55,037 nt of DNA from a virus (Duplodnaviria > Caudoviricetes), in the IMG/VR virus record IMGVR_UViG_3300005253_003498, positions 1 through 55,037 of that record; one strand, written 5' to 3'. This document shows positions 37,176 to 45,296 of this stretch, one piece after another. The position numbers were made by a program, and so were the translations under genes. Position 1 is the stretch's first letter. The number at the start of each line of letters is the position of its first letter. Under the pieces are notes generated by a model. It made no database searches. It was not told the origin of the DNA and was given only the letters and a program-made list of their open reading frames with translations.

Positions 37176-37468
37176 TCACCTTCCTTTGCTTTCGCGGCTT
37201 CACGTTCTTTTGCCAGCAGGTATCGCATGACTTCAGGCCATTCCTTCTCAAACAACTCCCATGACACGCAACCAGAAATCATCCGTGGCTCGCCAAGCTT
37301 GCGGCTCTCCCGGTCGTCGCAGATATAGACGGTGCTATCCTTCTCTAAGCGAATCTGAATTGAATCACGATCGTTGTAACCGAATCCAATACAAAACGTA
37401 TTGAGCAACACATCGACGCTAACACGTTGCTGCTCAGATCGTGTTGTCTTTTCTGGAGTTGGCATCAT
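37172..37468 (-). CDS. Hypothetical protein
   Basis: Ends AAKAKEGE; array junction motif. Confidence 0.55.
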   Translation of the reverse strand: MMPTPEKTTRSEQQRVSVDVLLNTFCIGFGYNDRDSIQIRLEKDSTVYICDDRESRKLGEPRMISGCVSWELFEKEWPEVMRYLLAKEREAAKAKEGE

Positions 37469-38179
37469 TCACTTCCTGCCACTTGTCGCGGCTGCTACAA
37501 GAGCTTCAAACGCTGTTCGACCCGACCCACCAGGCAGGTCACGTGCATACTCGCCAAGTTCGGCAATAGTCCGTTCCAGCCGCTCGACCTGGATCCGCTT
37601 GCCTGCGTCATCGTCATCGCGTCGCTGCAAGTATCTATTCAGCCAGACACCTTGTTCATCGCTACTCAGACCCTCCGGCATGGATCGCTGTATTAGTTGC
37701 TTGTATACCCCGTGTGAGACCGGCGGTGTTTGTTCTCCGGTTCCTAGCAGGTTGAGCACCTCCTGGCGGACATTCTCCAACTCCAGGCCCAGATTTATCA
37801 ACAGCAGGCCAGCGATGCCTCCAGACTCTCGCAACAGCCCTAACAGCAGGTGCTCGGTTCCCACGTATTTGTGGCCGAGGTCCCGAGATTCCTCCATGGC
37901 ATACGTGAGAACCCGCTTTGTTCGCGGCGTTTGTGGCAGCTTGCCCCAGTTGCTCCAGGCGGGCGCGATCAGCACCAGCTTCTCAACCTCGCGGCGAATG
38001 TCGTCCAGAGCAACGCCTGAATTTATAATGGCGATGATGCCATGGCCAATATCTCCTTTCCTACTAATCAGCCCGAGCAGGAGGTGTACGGTTCCGATAT
38101 ATTCGTGATTGAGCCGCCGAGCCTCCTGCTGGGCCAGTTGGAGGACTTTCCTTGCCCTATCCGTAAAACGCTCGTACAT
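37469..38179 (-). CDS. ClpC N-terminal domain (double Clp_N) protein lacking AAA+ modules
   Basis: MYERFTDRARKVLQLAQQEARRLNHEYIGT..LLLGL and TPRTKRVL..HKYVGTEHLLLGLL. Confidence 0.9.
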   Translation of the reverse strand: MYERFTDRARKVLQLAQQEARRLNHEYIGTVHLLLGLISRKGDIGHGIIAIINSGVALDDIRREVEKLVLIAPAWSNWGKLPQTPRTKRVLTYAMEESRDLGHKYVGTEHLLLGLLRESGGIAGLLLINLGLELENVRQEVLNLLGTGEQTPPVSHGVYKQLIQRSMPEGLSSDEQGVWLNRYLQRRDDDDAGKRIQVERLERTIAELGEYARDLPGGSGRTAFEALVAAATSGRK

Positions 38180-38182
38180 AGT

Positions 38183-38551
38183 TCACTCCCCCCCCGCCGC
38201 TTCAGCGGCCAGTAATTTCCCCACAGATTGACGTGCATAACCGATTGCGGTGTCTCGGTTGTGCCTAACACGTTTTGATCCAAGATCATTATCGAGGATA
38301 TTCTGCAATCCATCGCGCAGCCGCTCGACCTCGGCTTCCGCTTTGCGAGCGATGACCACCACGTCTAGGTCGGCTATGTTCTTACCTGCCAACGCCCGCC
38401 TCCCCATCTCAATCGCTTGAGTTGGAACGCATTCTGCCGATGGGTGGGTCATCCAACGGGCAAGGGCCATCCGCAGCCGCTCGATCTCGGCTTGCTGTGA
38501 CTTGGCACCCGCCTCGAAATCTATGTCAGCACGATCAAGAAAAGTCATCAC
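38183..38551 (-). CDS. Coiled-coil hypothetical protein
   Basis: Two AE(I/V)ERLR modules; ends AAEAAGGE. Confidence 0.6.
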   Translation of the reverse strand: MMTFLDRADIDFEAGAKSQQAEIERLRMALARWMTHPSAECVPTQAIEMGRRALAGKNIADLDVVVIARKAEAEVERLRDGLQNILDNDLGSKRVRHNRDTAIGYARQSVGKLLAAEAAGGE

Positions 38552-39148
38552 TCACCTCCTCTTCAAAAACGCTTTTTCCCATTGCTGAGGTGTTGCAAAC
38601 TTCGGTTTATACATTTTCCCCTTCAAGACCATCCTCCACTTCTTCCAACCTGCTACCTCTCCTTGCAAGCCCGCCTCAATCAATTCATCTCGTCTTTCAG
38701 CAAAACTCAAACGGCTCAGCCCAGCGGCAGATAACACACGATCTCCGTGTTGGATTATAGCCACAAATCTGCAATCAGTAATCTCGTGGTGCTCCAGCAT
38801 TGCTCTGAGTCTACCATCGTGGATGTAATTATGACAGCAGAAACAGAGCGGTACCGTCTCGATATAAGTCAGTCTGCCTAGCTTGTAGTCAACTTTGTAC
38901 AGCTCATGCCCTTCCAACCATTGCCTGAAAGCAGCGCTGAACTTGTAGATTCCACAAGCTAAACAACGATAGGCAGTTGACTTATAAGCAGCTTTACGAG
39001 TCTCGTTCCACCACTTAGGTCCTAGTATACTTCGAGGTGTTACACCGTGCATCGGTGACGGTATATTCGGACACAGCAAAATCTCGGGCCGAGTTTTTAG
39101 CTGTGGTTTTGGTCTAACCGTCTTCCGCAGTTTCTTGCTTAGACTCAC
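38552..39148 (-). CDS. HNH-like nuclease
   Basis: W..TRK.AY...CLACG...LEGHE...LCFCCHNYIH. Confidence 0.7.
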   Translation of the reverse strand: MSLSKKLRKTVRPKPQLKTRPEILLCPNIPSPMHGVTPRSILGPKWWNETRKAAYKSTAYRCLACGIYKFSAAFRQWLEGHELYKVDYKLGRLTYIETVPLCFCCHNYIHDGRLRAMLEHHEITDCRFVAIIQHGDRVLSAAGLSRLSFAERRDELIEAGLQGEVAGWKKWRMVLKGKMYKPKFATPQQWEKAFLKRR

Positions 39149-39446
39149 TTGCTGTTCTCCCCCTTCCTTGGAAGAAACGCTCTGGCGCGCCTAAGTCAAT
39201 AAAGGACATTTCCTCTTCTCTGAATGTCACTGGTTGATCACCTCGAACAGGATTCAGAGTGTACATCACGCCATCATAGCGTACCGGCTTTCCTCCACTA
39301 CTCCGTAGCTGTCTTATAAATTCAGCATGAGCCTTATCTAGAATCTCCTTGTCTATTTTTAACATGGTCTCTGCTGATTTGACTCCCTTACGGCAAGTCA
39401 ACAGGGTCTTCAGCGCATTTCTCAGTTTATCATTTCGATTCATCAT
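39114..39446 (-). CDS. Hypothetical protein
   Basis: Overlaps both neighbours in the operon. Confidence 0.55.
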   Translation of the reverse strand: MMNRNDKLRNALKTLLTCRKGVKSAETMLKIDKEILDKAHAEFIRQLRSSGGKPVRYDGVMYTLNPVRGDQPVTFREEEMSFIDLGAPERFFQGRGRTASESKQETAEDG

Positions 39447-39574
39447 CTTCTCTTAGGTCTAAAGGTTGACGGTTGTTTCTTCCCAGTACCTCTACAAGGT
39501 ACACACTTCCCTTTTCGGCTACTAACACCAGATCCCCCGCAGGCTACACACTTCAACTTAGATATCTTCGGCAT
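39443..39574 (-). CDS. 43-aa DnaJ-type zinc-finger mini-protein (not in the ORF track)
   Basis: Translated by hand: MPKISKLKCVACGGSGVSSRKGKCVPCRGTGKKQPSTFRPKRR (two CxxCxGxG); SD GGAG; ATGA overlap. Confidence 0.7.
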   Translation of the reverse strand: MPKISKLKCVACGGSGVSSRKGKCVPCRGTGKKQPSTFRPKRR

Positions 39575-39719
39575 CGTCTACTTCTCTCCGATTACTACAA
39601 TGAAAATTGCCACTCGCCGCCGATGAACTATCCGGAGTGGCACGAATAAGTCTAGCGAGAAGTGCATCGAGCAATGAGTGAACTCGATTGGTTCATTTAG
39701 CGCTGTAGCGCTAGGAGCT

Positions 39720-40028
39720 CTAGCGGCTTACCCCCTTCTCATCTGTAATCCCTTTCTGCTTTCCCCGCAATTCACGGTAGCGTCCAGGCCATAGCATCCT
39801 TGATTCCTCCCCAGGAACGAATCCACATTCAATTGCCCGAAACCGCATCATCTTGTGATTACGTAGAATTGGTCTCACTGTTAGAATATCACAGATAATA
39901 CGTTTCCGTGATACTCCAAACAATGAATCGAAGGGAGCCGTCCATTTGTTATTGACTCCAAACCGTCTTGTCCGGAACAACAGATGAACTCCTAGCTTCC
40001 AATTCTGCACAAAGTAGGTTATCACCAA
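39720..40028 (-). CDS. Hypothetical basic protein
   Basis: SD AGAGGAG 7 nt before GTG. Confidence 0.5.
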   Translation of the reverse strand: MVITYFVQNWKLGVHLLFRTRRFGVNNKWTAPFDSLFGVSRKRIICDILTVRPILRNHKMMRFRAIECGFVPGEESRMLWPGRYRELRGKQKGITDEKGVSR

Positions 40029-40048
40029 CTACTCCTCTCGTGTTTGAA

Positions 40049-40254
40049 AACCATCGCGGCGACCCGACTTGCCATTTCGGCGGGCGACGTCCCCGCGTGT
40101 CTCGCATGGCTGCGTTGCGGTAAATCCACCGCATAAACCTCGGGAGTGCTGCTTCCCGGTCGGGCTCCAAGGGATGATTCACGACCCGGGGCTGCGTACA
40201 GCCGGTTTCGGGTCGCAGCAGTTTGTGGAGCGGTACGCCGCCGCCGCGATGGTT
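40049..40254 (-). ncRNA. ~206-nt multibranch structured RNA of unknown class
   Basis: Perfect 13-bp closing helix AACCAUCGCGGCG/CGCCGCGAUGGUU with nested hairpins (GGCUG-UACG-CAGCC, UGCGGU/ACCGCA, CGGGA/UCCCG, GCC-GAAAU-GGC). Confidence 0.7.
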
Positions 40255-40264
40255 GTGTTGTAAG

Positions 40265-40384
40265 TGGCTCCGACCGGACTTGAACCGGCACGATCGTTCG
40301 CATGTTTTCTGTCATAATTTCAGACAATGGCTTTTCCAACGATCTCAAGCCAATATCAGCGTCTACCAATTCCGCCACGGAACC
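40265..40384 (-). ncRNA. Oversized tRNA-like RNA A (120 nt, no canonical anticodon arm)
   Basis: Acceptor GGTTCCG/CGGAGCC-A, D arm GCGGAATTGGTAGACGC, T arm GCCGG-TTCAAGT-CCGGT; ~69-nt interior. Confidence 0.8.
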
Positions 40385-40457
40385 GTTGCCGGCCTCTTAC
40401 CGGCCCGAAGGTTTCTGTTGATTTGTGAGAATGCTGAACCTTTAAGTAGTTTCTCAG

Positions 40458-40571
40458 TGGCTCCGACGGGAGTCGAACCCGCAACCAGCGTTTCTCTTGC
40501 AACGCGGCTTCTGTTCCTGCTGATCGCCAATTTGCCACAAGCGATGCGTCTACCAATTTCGCCACGGAGCC
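40458..40571 (-). ncRNA. Oversized tRNA-like RNA B (114 nt, no canonical anticodon arm)
   Basis: Acceptor GGCTCCG/CGGAGCC-A, D arm GCGAAATTGGTAGACGC, T arm GCGGG-TTCGACT-CCCGT; ~63-nt interior. Confidence 0.8.
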
Positions 40572-40575
40572 AAAC

Positions 40576-40613
40576 TGCTCGGCTTTCTGATTCCTGGTAC
40601 CGAGCAAACCAGG
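40576..40613 (-). ncRNA. H-type RNA pseudoknot
   Basis: CCTGGT-T-TGCTCGG-T-ACCAGG-AATCAGAAAG-CCGAGCA: 6-bp and 7-bp stems, 1-nt L1 and L2, A-rich L3. Confidence 0.6.
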
Positions 40614-40651
40614 GTCTCTTTCTTAATGAGATGAGAAGCAGTGGAGCGGTC

Positions 40652-41608
40652 CTAAACGTCCTTCAGGTCATCCCAACTAACGGACCTGTAGAGCTTGTTG
40701 GTATCGAGATTCTTCGCATTGCAGGTGCGCTTGCCCGTAAAGATAGCTGTGATCTCTACATTTACCGCCTTACGCGCTTTAGGCGGCTTAAAAGAGAAGA
40801 CGTCACCCTTTTGAGGCGGCTCAACTTCCTCTCCTTCCTCTTCCGGAGCATTCCTAATAGCCTCGACCAATCCAGGCCAAGTATCAATCGCCTCAGCAGC
40901 TTCTTCATCAATGCCAACTGCTTCAGCTAGTTCACCTAGTCGAGCCTGCGCAGCCTTGGCAGACTTTTCGTCCTCCTCGTTCTCAGCAGCAGCCGCCAAG
41001 TCGTCTAAGGACTCCCCCTCTTCTGCCTCTTCCTCCTCTTCTGTAGTCTCGTCAACTACATCATCCTCTCCTTCCTCTTCTTCAAACTCACAGGCACCTC
41101 GCCAGTCGCTGTTGACTCTTGGGTTCGGGAACTGTTTACTAGGCTTACCCTGCCAAGTACGGAATCTGAAGTGAGGTCGCTCTTCCTTAACAGCCTCTAC
41201 GGCCGCCTCAATATCTTCAAACTCTAACTCGCTGGTATCCACGCCCAACTTGCGTAGTTCATTGAGTACCCAACCATAGTGGTCCTCAACAGTCTCACGA
41301 GCCCGACCTGGAGTATCACACATAGGTTCTGTAATACTCGTTCTGAGTCCTTCGACGTGCATCCCCCCGAACTCCTTCGGAGACTTTGCTACTCCTGCTG
41401 CATAGAAGTAGTACTCGCCTTTATTATCCCCTTTCTTGAAAACGTCGAACTTTAAATCAACGAGCTGTGCAACACCCCCAACGATACCCGCTGGTAAGTC
41501 GCCTCCTGCGCTGTAAGTAGTGGTATCATCCTTATGCGCATCATGCGAGCTTTTCGCTCGTTTCCCTATCTTCGCAGCCAATCCACTCTTTCTCGTTCTT
41601 CTGACCAT
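40652..41608 (-). CDS. Putative single-stranded DNA-binding protein with an acidic linker
   Basis: DLPAG..AQLVD OB-fold-like N-terminus, long Glu/Asp tract; next to Sak4 and the exonuclease. Confidence 0.55.
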   Translation of the reverse strand: MVRRTRKSGLAAKIGKRAKSSHDAHKDDTTTYSAGGDLPAGIVGGVAQLVDLKFDVFKKGDNKGEYYFYAAGVAKSPKEFGGMHVEGLRTSITEPMCDTPGRARETVEDHYGWVLNELRKLGVDTSELEFEDIEAAVEAVKEERPHFRFRTWQGKPSKQFPNPRVNSDWRGACEFEEEEGEDDVVDETTEEEEEAEEGESLDDLAAAAENEEDEKSAKAAQARLGELAEAVGIDEEAAEAIDTWPGLVEAIRNAPEEEGEEVEPPQKGDVFSFKPPKARKAVNVEITAIFTGKRTCNAKNLDTNKLYRSVSWDDLKDV

Positions 41609-41675
41609 TACAGTCGTCCTTTTCAGTTTGGAAACAAGTTTTGTTAATCTACAACCTCTACAGTCGCAACCTCAA

Positions 41676-41861
41676 TCATTCCTCCTTTCGTTTTCCGTCT
41701 CTCTGAATTGCGTCATATACCTCACGGCGATGAACCGAAACTTCCTTTGGCGCTTCGATACCTAAACGGACCTTGTCCCCCCGAATCTCCACGACCACGA
41801 TCGTAATGTCATCGTTGATGACAATACTTTCGTTCTTCTTCCGCGATAGAACTAGCATCAC
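41676..41861 (-). CDS. csrA: Carbon storage regulator
   Basis: [48 protein letters not shown]. Confidence 0.95.
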   Translation of the reverse strand: MMLVLSRKKNESIVINDDITIVVVEIRGDKVRLGIEAPKEVSVHRREVYDAIQRDGKRKEE

Positions 41862-42260
41862 TTAACCTCCTTGCCTTTGAATTTTTTGTTTCTTTTCAAC
41901 GCAGAGCTTATTGGCGTGTTCCTGAGATACGTAGGATTTTGAGCAAATATACCCTTCTGGGTGAGCTTCACAGACATAATCAGCATGGCCAACCTCTGCG
42001 ACCCGGGTCTTTGGGTCAGCTATTTCACAACCATTGTTGCGACAGTTTATAATCCCTGTAGCAATATCAAGTTCAGCTCCCCAATAAGGACAAATTCTGT
42101 CCTGGGACCGCTTATCTAGTTCCCAACTTTCTATACTCCGCATTATGTCCCTGCATCTCTCGACGAATTCTTCTGCCAACAGTTCTGATGAGAATACCCC
42201 ATCTATTTGATACCCCGAGTATTCTCCAGATGTAACTAAGTAGATTGTTGTCATTTTCAA
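41862..42260 (-). CDS. Hypothetical protein
   Basis: IYLVTSGEYS.Y.I.GVFSS motif common in small phage proteins. Confidence 0.6.
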   Translation of the reverse strand: MKMTTIYLVTSGEYSGYQIDGVFSSELLAEEFVERCRDIMRSIESWELDKRSQDRICPYWGAELDIATGIINCRNNGCEIADPKTRVAEVGHADYVCEAHPEGYICSKSYVSQEHANKLCVEKKQKIQRQGG

Positions 42261-43102
42261 CCCCCTTGATCAATTAGAGCCTTGATCTTGTCGAACGTCG
42301 GATCGACTATTACGTCTGGTAAGTGTGTTCCCTTAACTGCTCTGAACCCTGTAGTATACACCTCGTCCGGTCCTGTTCTCAGGCAGTATTCTACTCCAGG
42401 CAGCCGCTTGACCTTGGTTATTGTTTTCTTACCAACCTTGACCTTAGTCCTGCCAACCTTGCTGCGGATGAAGGTCTGACATATATAATCGACGGATGAA
42501 TTCAGCCAGCCAACTACCGCAGGTGATAACGCACTCGCCACGAACGGCATCAACAACTCCTGGTTCCCTTCTCCATCAGTATTGAATTCGCGCTCTTGAG
42601 CGATGATTACTACGTTACACCTTAGACTCAGCATTGCTCGAATCGACTCTCTCATCCGCAACGAACAAATACCATACTGCTCCCGTGAGGCCATTCCCCA
42701 AGACTTCTGAGCTGGTAGCTCATCTAAATCTAAGACGTCTCGTAACGTGTGGTCTTGTAGTCCAGTTGCATGATCCAATACAATTGTCTGGAAGTTCTCT
42801 GCGAGCTCTAGCAACTCTGGTAGCTGATCGGCTTCACGAAGAATCTTCGGGTCAATTGTTTTGCGATACTCAGGCTTATCAATACTCCTAAGCTCACCCG
42901 GCCGCTTGCTCCCGCTGCATATTATCGCCATTATCGGCTTTGGGAACGTTGCCCATAGCGTCGTCTTCCCCGTCTTCGATCTACCATAGAGGTTGATTTT
43001 GATACCATCAGAAGCATCAGGCCAAGCAGAATCAAATTTCGGTTTTGCTGAACGCCGTCTCTTGGCTTTCTTACGAGGTATTTGTTTTTTGATGGTAGGC
43101 AC
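42257..43102 (-). CDS. AAA_24 / Sak4-like ATPase (ssDNA annealing)
   Basis: LYGRSKTGKTT, TIVLD, VIIAQE, PTFDKI. Confidence 0.8.
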   Translation of the reverse strand: MPTIKKQIPRKKAKRRRSAKPKFDSAWPDASDGIKINLYGRSKTGKTTLWATFPKPIMAIICSGSKRPGELRSIDKPEYRKTIDPKILREADQLPELLELAENFQTIVLDHATGLQDHTLRDVLDLDELPAQKSWGMASREQYGICSLRMRESIRAMLSLRCNVVIIAQEREFNTDGEGNQELLMPFVASALSPAVVGWLNSSVDYICQTFIRSKVGRTKVKVGKKTITKVKRLPGVEYCLRTGPDEVYTTGFRAVKGTHLPDVIVDPTFDKIKALIDQGG

Positions 43103-44286
43103 TATCCCAGCTCCCTAAACAAACTGTCAGCGTGTTCCAATCCAAGCGTACTACCAGTCGCGAGGTGCTCATCTAGGTCTGTAGCGCCGCCCTCTGCAAG
43201 CACATTATACATGCCAAAAGGAGTGCGCCAGTGGACAACTCTGCCATCATCCATGTTTCTACCGTATAAGTCGTTGTCGTTCGACACCCATGCCCACCAA
43301 TCACAGAGTTGCTCCAGGATTGGCGTAAGAAATTCTCGCTTGAACCGAAGCACATCCTGCTGCGTAACCTCTACCTTCCAGCGCATAAAATACGTTGCAG
43401 GCTCTTCGGCTATTATACCAGCTAACCGACTGTAGAAATGCTCTACGGTTTCTTCTGGTTTAGTCTTTGTTGCCTTGTGTCTGCGGATACTACCCTTACC
43501 ACCGCTGAGAGGCCGGCGGACCACATTGTACATGACACCTTTGATTGGGTAAGCGTCAGGCAAAAAACTGTCCGGTCGAGATGTAACGGCTTCTTGGTCA
43601 AGAGCAACCAGGTAAAACATCATCTGGAGGTCGAACTGAAACTGCTGCTTGATCTGCTCCTCATTGATGTCTCCCTTCGTCTTGTGCTCCACGAGGTAGA
43701 CGCCGGCATTCCTACCTTTGCCGATCAGGTCCACCCCGTCCCACTTCCCCCTGAGCTTCACGACGCGACCGCATGGTAACTGGTAAGGTACGCTAAACGT
43801 CTGCTCTTGGAGAAGAGAAACTCGATGTTCTGCAACTTTGTGCTTCGCCCAGTAGTCCAAATAGATTGGGAACTGTATCTTGCATACGTTGTACCAGTGC
43901 TGGATCTGCTCCTGCTGAAGGGGATATTTCCGGCAGAGTTTCTTTGCGTACTGTCTGAGTATTTCAGCCCAGTAGGACTTAAACACTTTGGCTTCAACAG
44001 GATTTTTAGTAAATGCTTCTTCGCAGATATGCCACATACTCCCGTACTCGATACGATGATTGAACGTATCGACGGGCCGTAGACCGTCCACTACTAAGAC
44101 ACGGAACCGCTCGCGGCACATCAGAAACCTACTAAGCATAGACTGAGTGATGCCGTCGACTTCCGGGCCTTTCCAAAGCAGTCCCCTGCGCTTCGCTTTG
44201 CGGCTTGCCTTGTGACTAGCGCTGAGCTTCGACAGTTTCATTACAACACTTCTCTTAGCTTTCTTTTTTGTCACCAGACTCTCCAT
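43102..44286 (-). CDS. PD-(D/E)XK (Cas4/RecB-like) exonuclease
   Basis: SMLSRFLMC, GSMWH, LRGKWDG, VEHKT, QMMFY. Confidence 0.8.
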   Translation of the reverse strand: MESLVTKKKAKRSVVMKLSKLSASHKASRKAKRRGLLWKGPEVDGITQSMLSRFLMCRERFRVLVVDGLRPVDTFNHRIEYGSMWHICEEAFTKNPVEAKVFKSYWAEILRQYAKKLCRKYPLQQEQIQHWYNVCKIQFPIYLDYWAKHKVAEHRVSLLQEQTFSVPYQLPCGRVVKLRGKWDGVDLIGKGRNAGVYLVEHKTKGDINEEQIKQQFQFDLQMMFYLVALDQEAVTSRPDSFLPDAYPIKGVMYNVVRRPLSGGKGSIRRHKATKTKPEETVEHFYSRLAGIIAEEPATYFMRWKVEVTQQDVLRFKREFLTPILEQLCDWWAWVSNDNDLYGRNMDDGRVVHWRTPFGMYNVLAEGGATDLDEHLATGSTLGLEHADSLFRELG

Positions 44287-44629
44287 TCTCCGAGTAATTA
44301 GAGATTGCTAACAACGTCGGCGAAACAGTCATCCCCAGCTCTCCCTTCAACTGCGCCAACTCCTTTGCCAATAAGCATATCACTGCTTGCACTTGACGCA
44401 ACGACTTCGTCGATTTCGCTTGACCGCGGGTTGCCGTGAATTGCACACCATCTACTGCCTTGACAGCCCCTGAGATGTTGCCAATTGTAACTGGCCGCTT
44501 GAGACGGCCTTCTACATAGGAGGCAAAGGATTTTACAGACCACTTACCAACCTTGATTTCTTCAGCGTGGTCTACAAGCAGGTCCTCAACAATCCTGCAC
44601 TCTTTCCGAGACAAACAGTTCTTTAACAT
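44255..44629 (-). CDS. Hypothetical protein
   Basis: SD AGAGGAG. Confidence 0.55.
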   Translation of the reverse strand: MLKNCLSRKECRIVEDLLVDHAEEIKVGKWSVKSFASYVEGRLKRPVTIGNISGAVKAVDGVQFTATRGQAKSTKSLRQVQAVICLLAKELAQLKGELGMTVSPTLLAISNYSENGESGDKKES

Positions 44630-44690
44630 CAGTCAGCTCCTCTATCTTTCGGTTATACCCCTTGAAACTTGTATACTAGACCCTAAATTC

Positions 44691-45284
44691 TTAAAGGTTG
44701 TCTAAATCCTCAACAGCATCCTCTAATATCACAACAGACCTGCGGATTGCGAGTCCTCGTTGGGATATGTCCATCCTGAGTATAGCAGCAGGGTGGATAA
44801 TGCTGGCAAACCTCATGTAGTTATCCCCTGATAACCACTCTACCCCTTCAGGTTTACCATCCAGGCGAAACTGTGCCTCTCCAGAGATATGCTTTTCTGC
44901 TAGTCTGCCTACCAATACAATGAGTTTAGGTTTGCAGAGTCTTACAAACTCTACTAACCTGGGAGCACAGGCCTCTATAGCTTCCTTTGAAGGTTCTTGC
45001 GCCTTGTTACCATCACCACCAATAGGAATACAAGCAACTAGGTTGGTCAGTGCGTAATCACACTGTTCACCGATAGCTGCCTCAATAATCCTGTCTAACA
45101 GCTTACCCGCAGGTCCAAAAAAAGGTTTTCCAAACACGTCTTCTGAAACACCTGGAGCCTCTCCGATCAGCAGAACATCACAAGGGACTTTACCACGTGC
45201 CAATACTACACAGGTTCGGTTACGGTGCAGACAGCATCTAACACATCCAGACCATTTTGACTTGTGTTTTTTGTACGGCGTCAT
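44691..45284 (-). CDS. Family 4 uracil-DNA glycosylase (Fe-S; SPO1 polymerase-related domain)
   Basis: CVRCCL, IGEAPG, PFFGPAGKLLD, TNLVAC, HPAA. Confidence 0.9.
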   Translation of the reverse strand: MTPYKKHKSKWSGCVRCCLHRNRTCVVLARGKVPCDVLLIGEAPGVSEDVFGKPFFGPAGKLLDRIIEAAIGEQCDYALTNLVACIPIGGDGNKAQEPSKEAIEACAPRLVEFVRLCKPKLIVLVGRLAEKHISGEAQFRLDGKPEGVEWLSGDNYMRFASIIHPAAILRMDISQRGLAIRRSVVILEDAVEDLDNL

Positions 45285-45296
45285 TTACACTCCTCC

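Noticed and set aside
40140-40185. SRP RNA domain IV resemblance (CCC-GACC-GGGAAGCAGCA)
   Set aside because: The 5' CAGG strand and GNRA tetraloop of SRP helix 8 are missing, and the same bases fit a different nested structure better.
40049-40613. tmRNA interpretation (tRNA-like domains plus pseudoknots)
   Set aside because: Each unit has a full D stem, lacks the G3-U70 alanine determinant and closes on itself within ~120 nt; no tag ORF was identified.
39949-40930. ORF-track calls over the ncRNA island (39949..40182, 40022..40378, 40356..40607, 40223..40930)
   Set aside because: No SD or protein-like features; they overlap clear RNA structures or lie antisense to the SSB-like gene.
43102-44286. 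Cas4 as part of a CRISPR system
   Set aside because: The Sak4 and SSB context indicates an ordinary phage recombination exonuclease.
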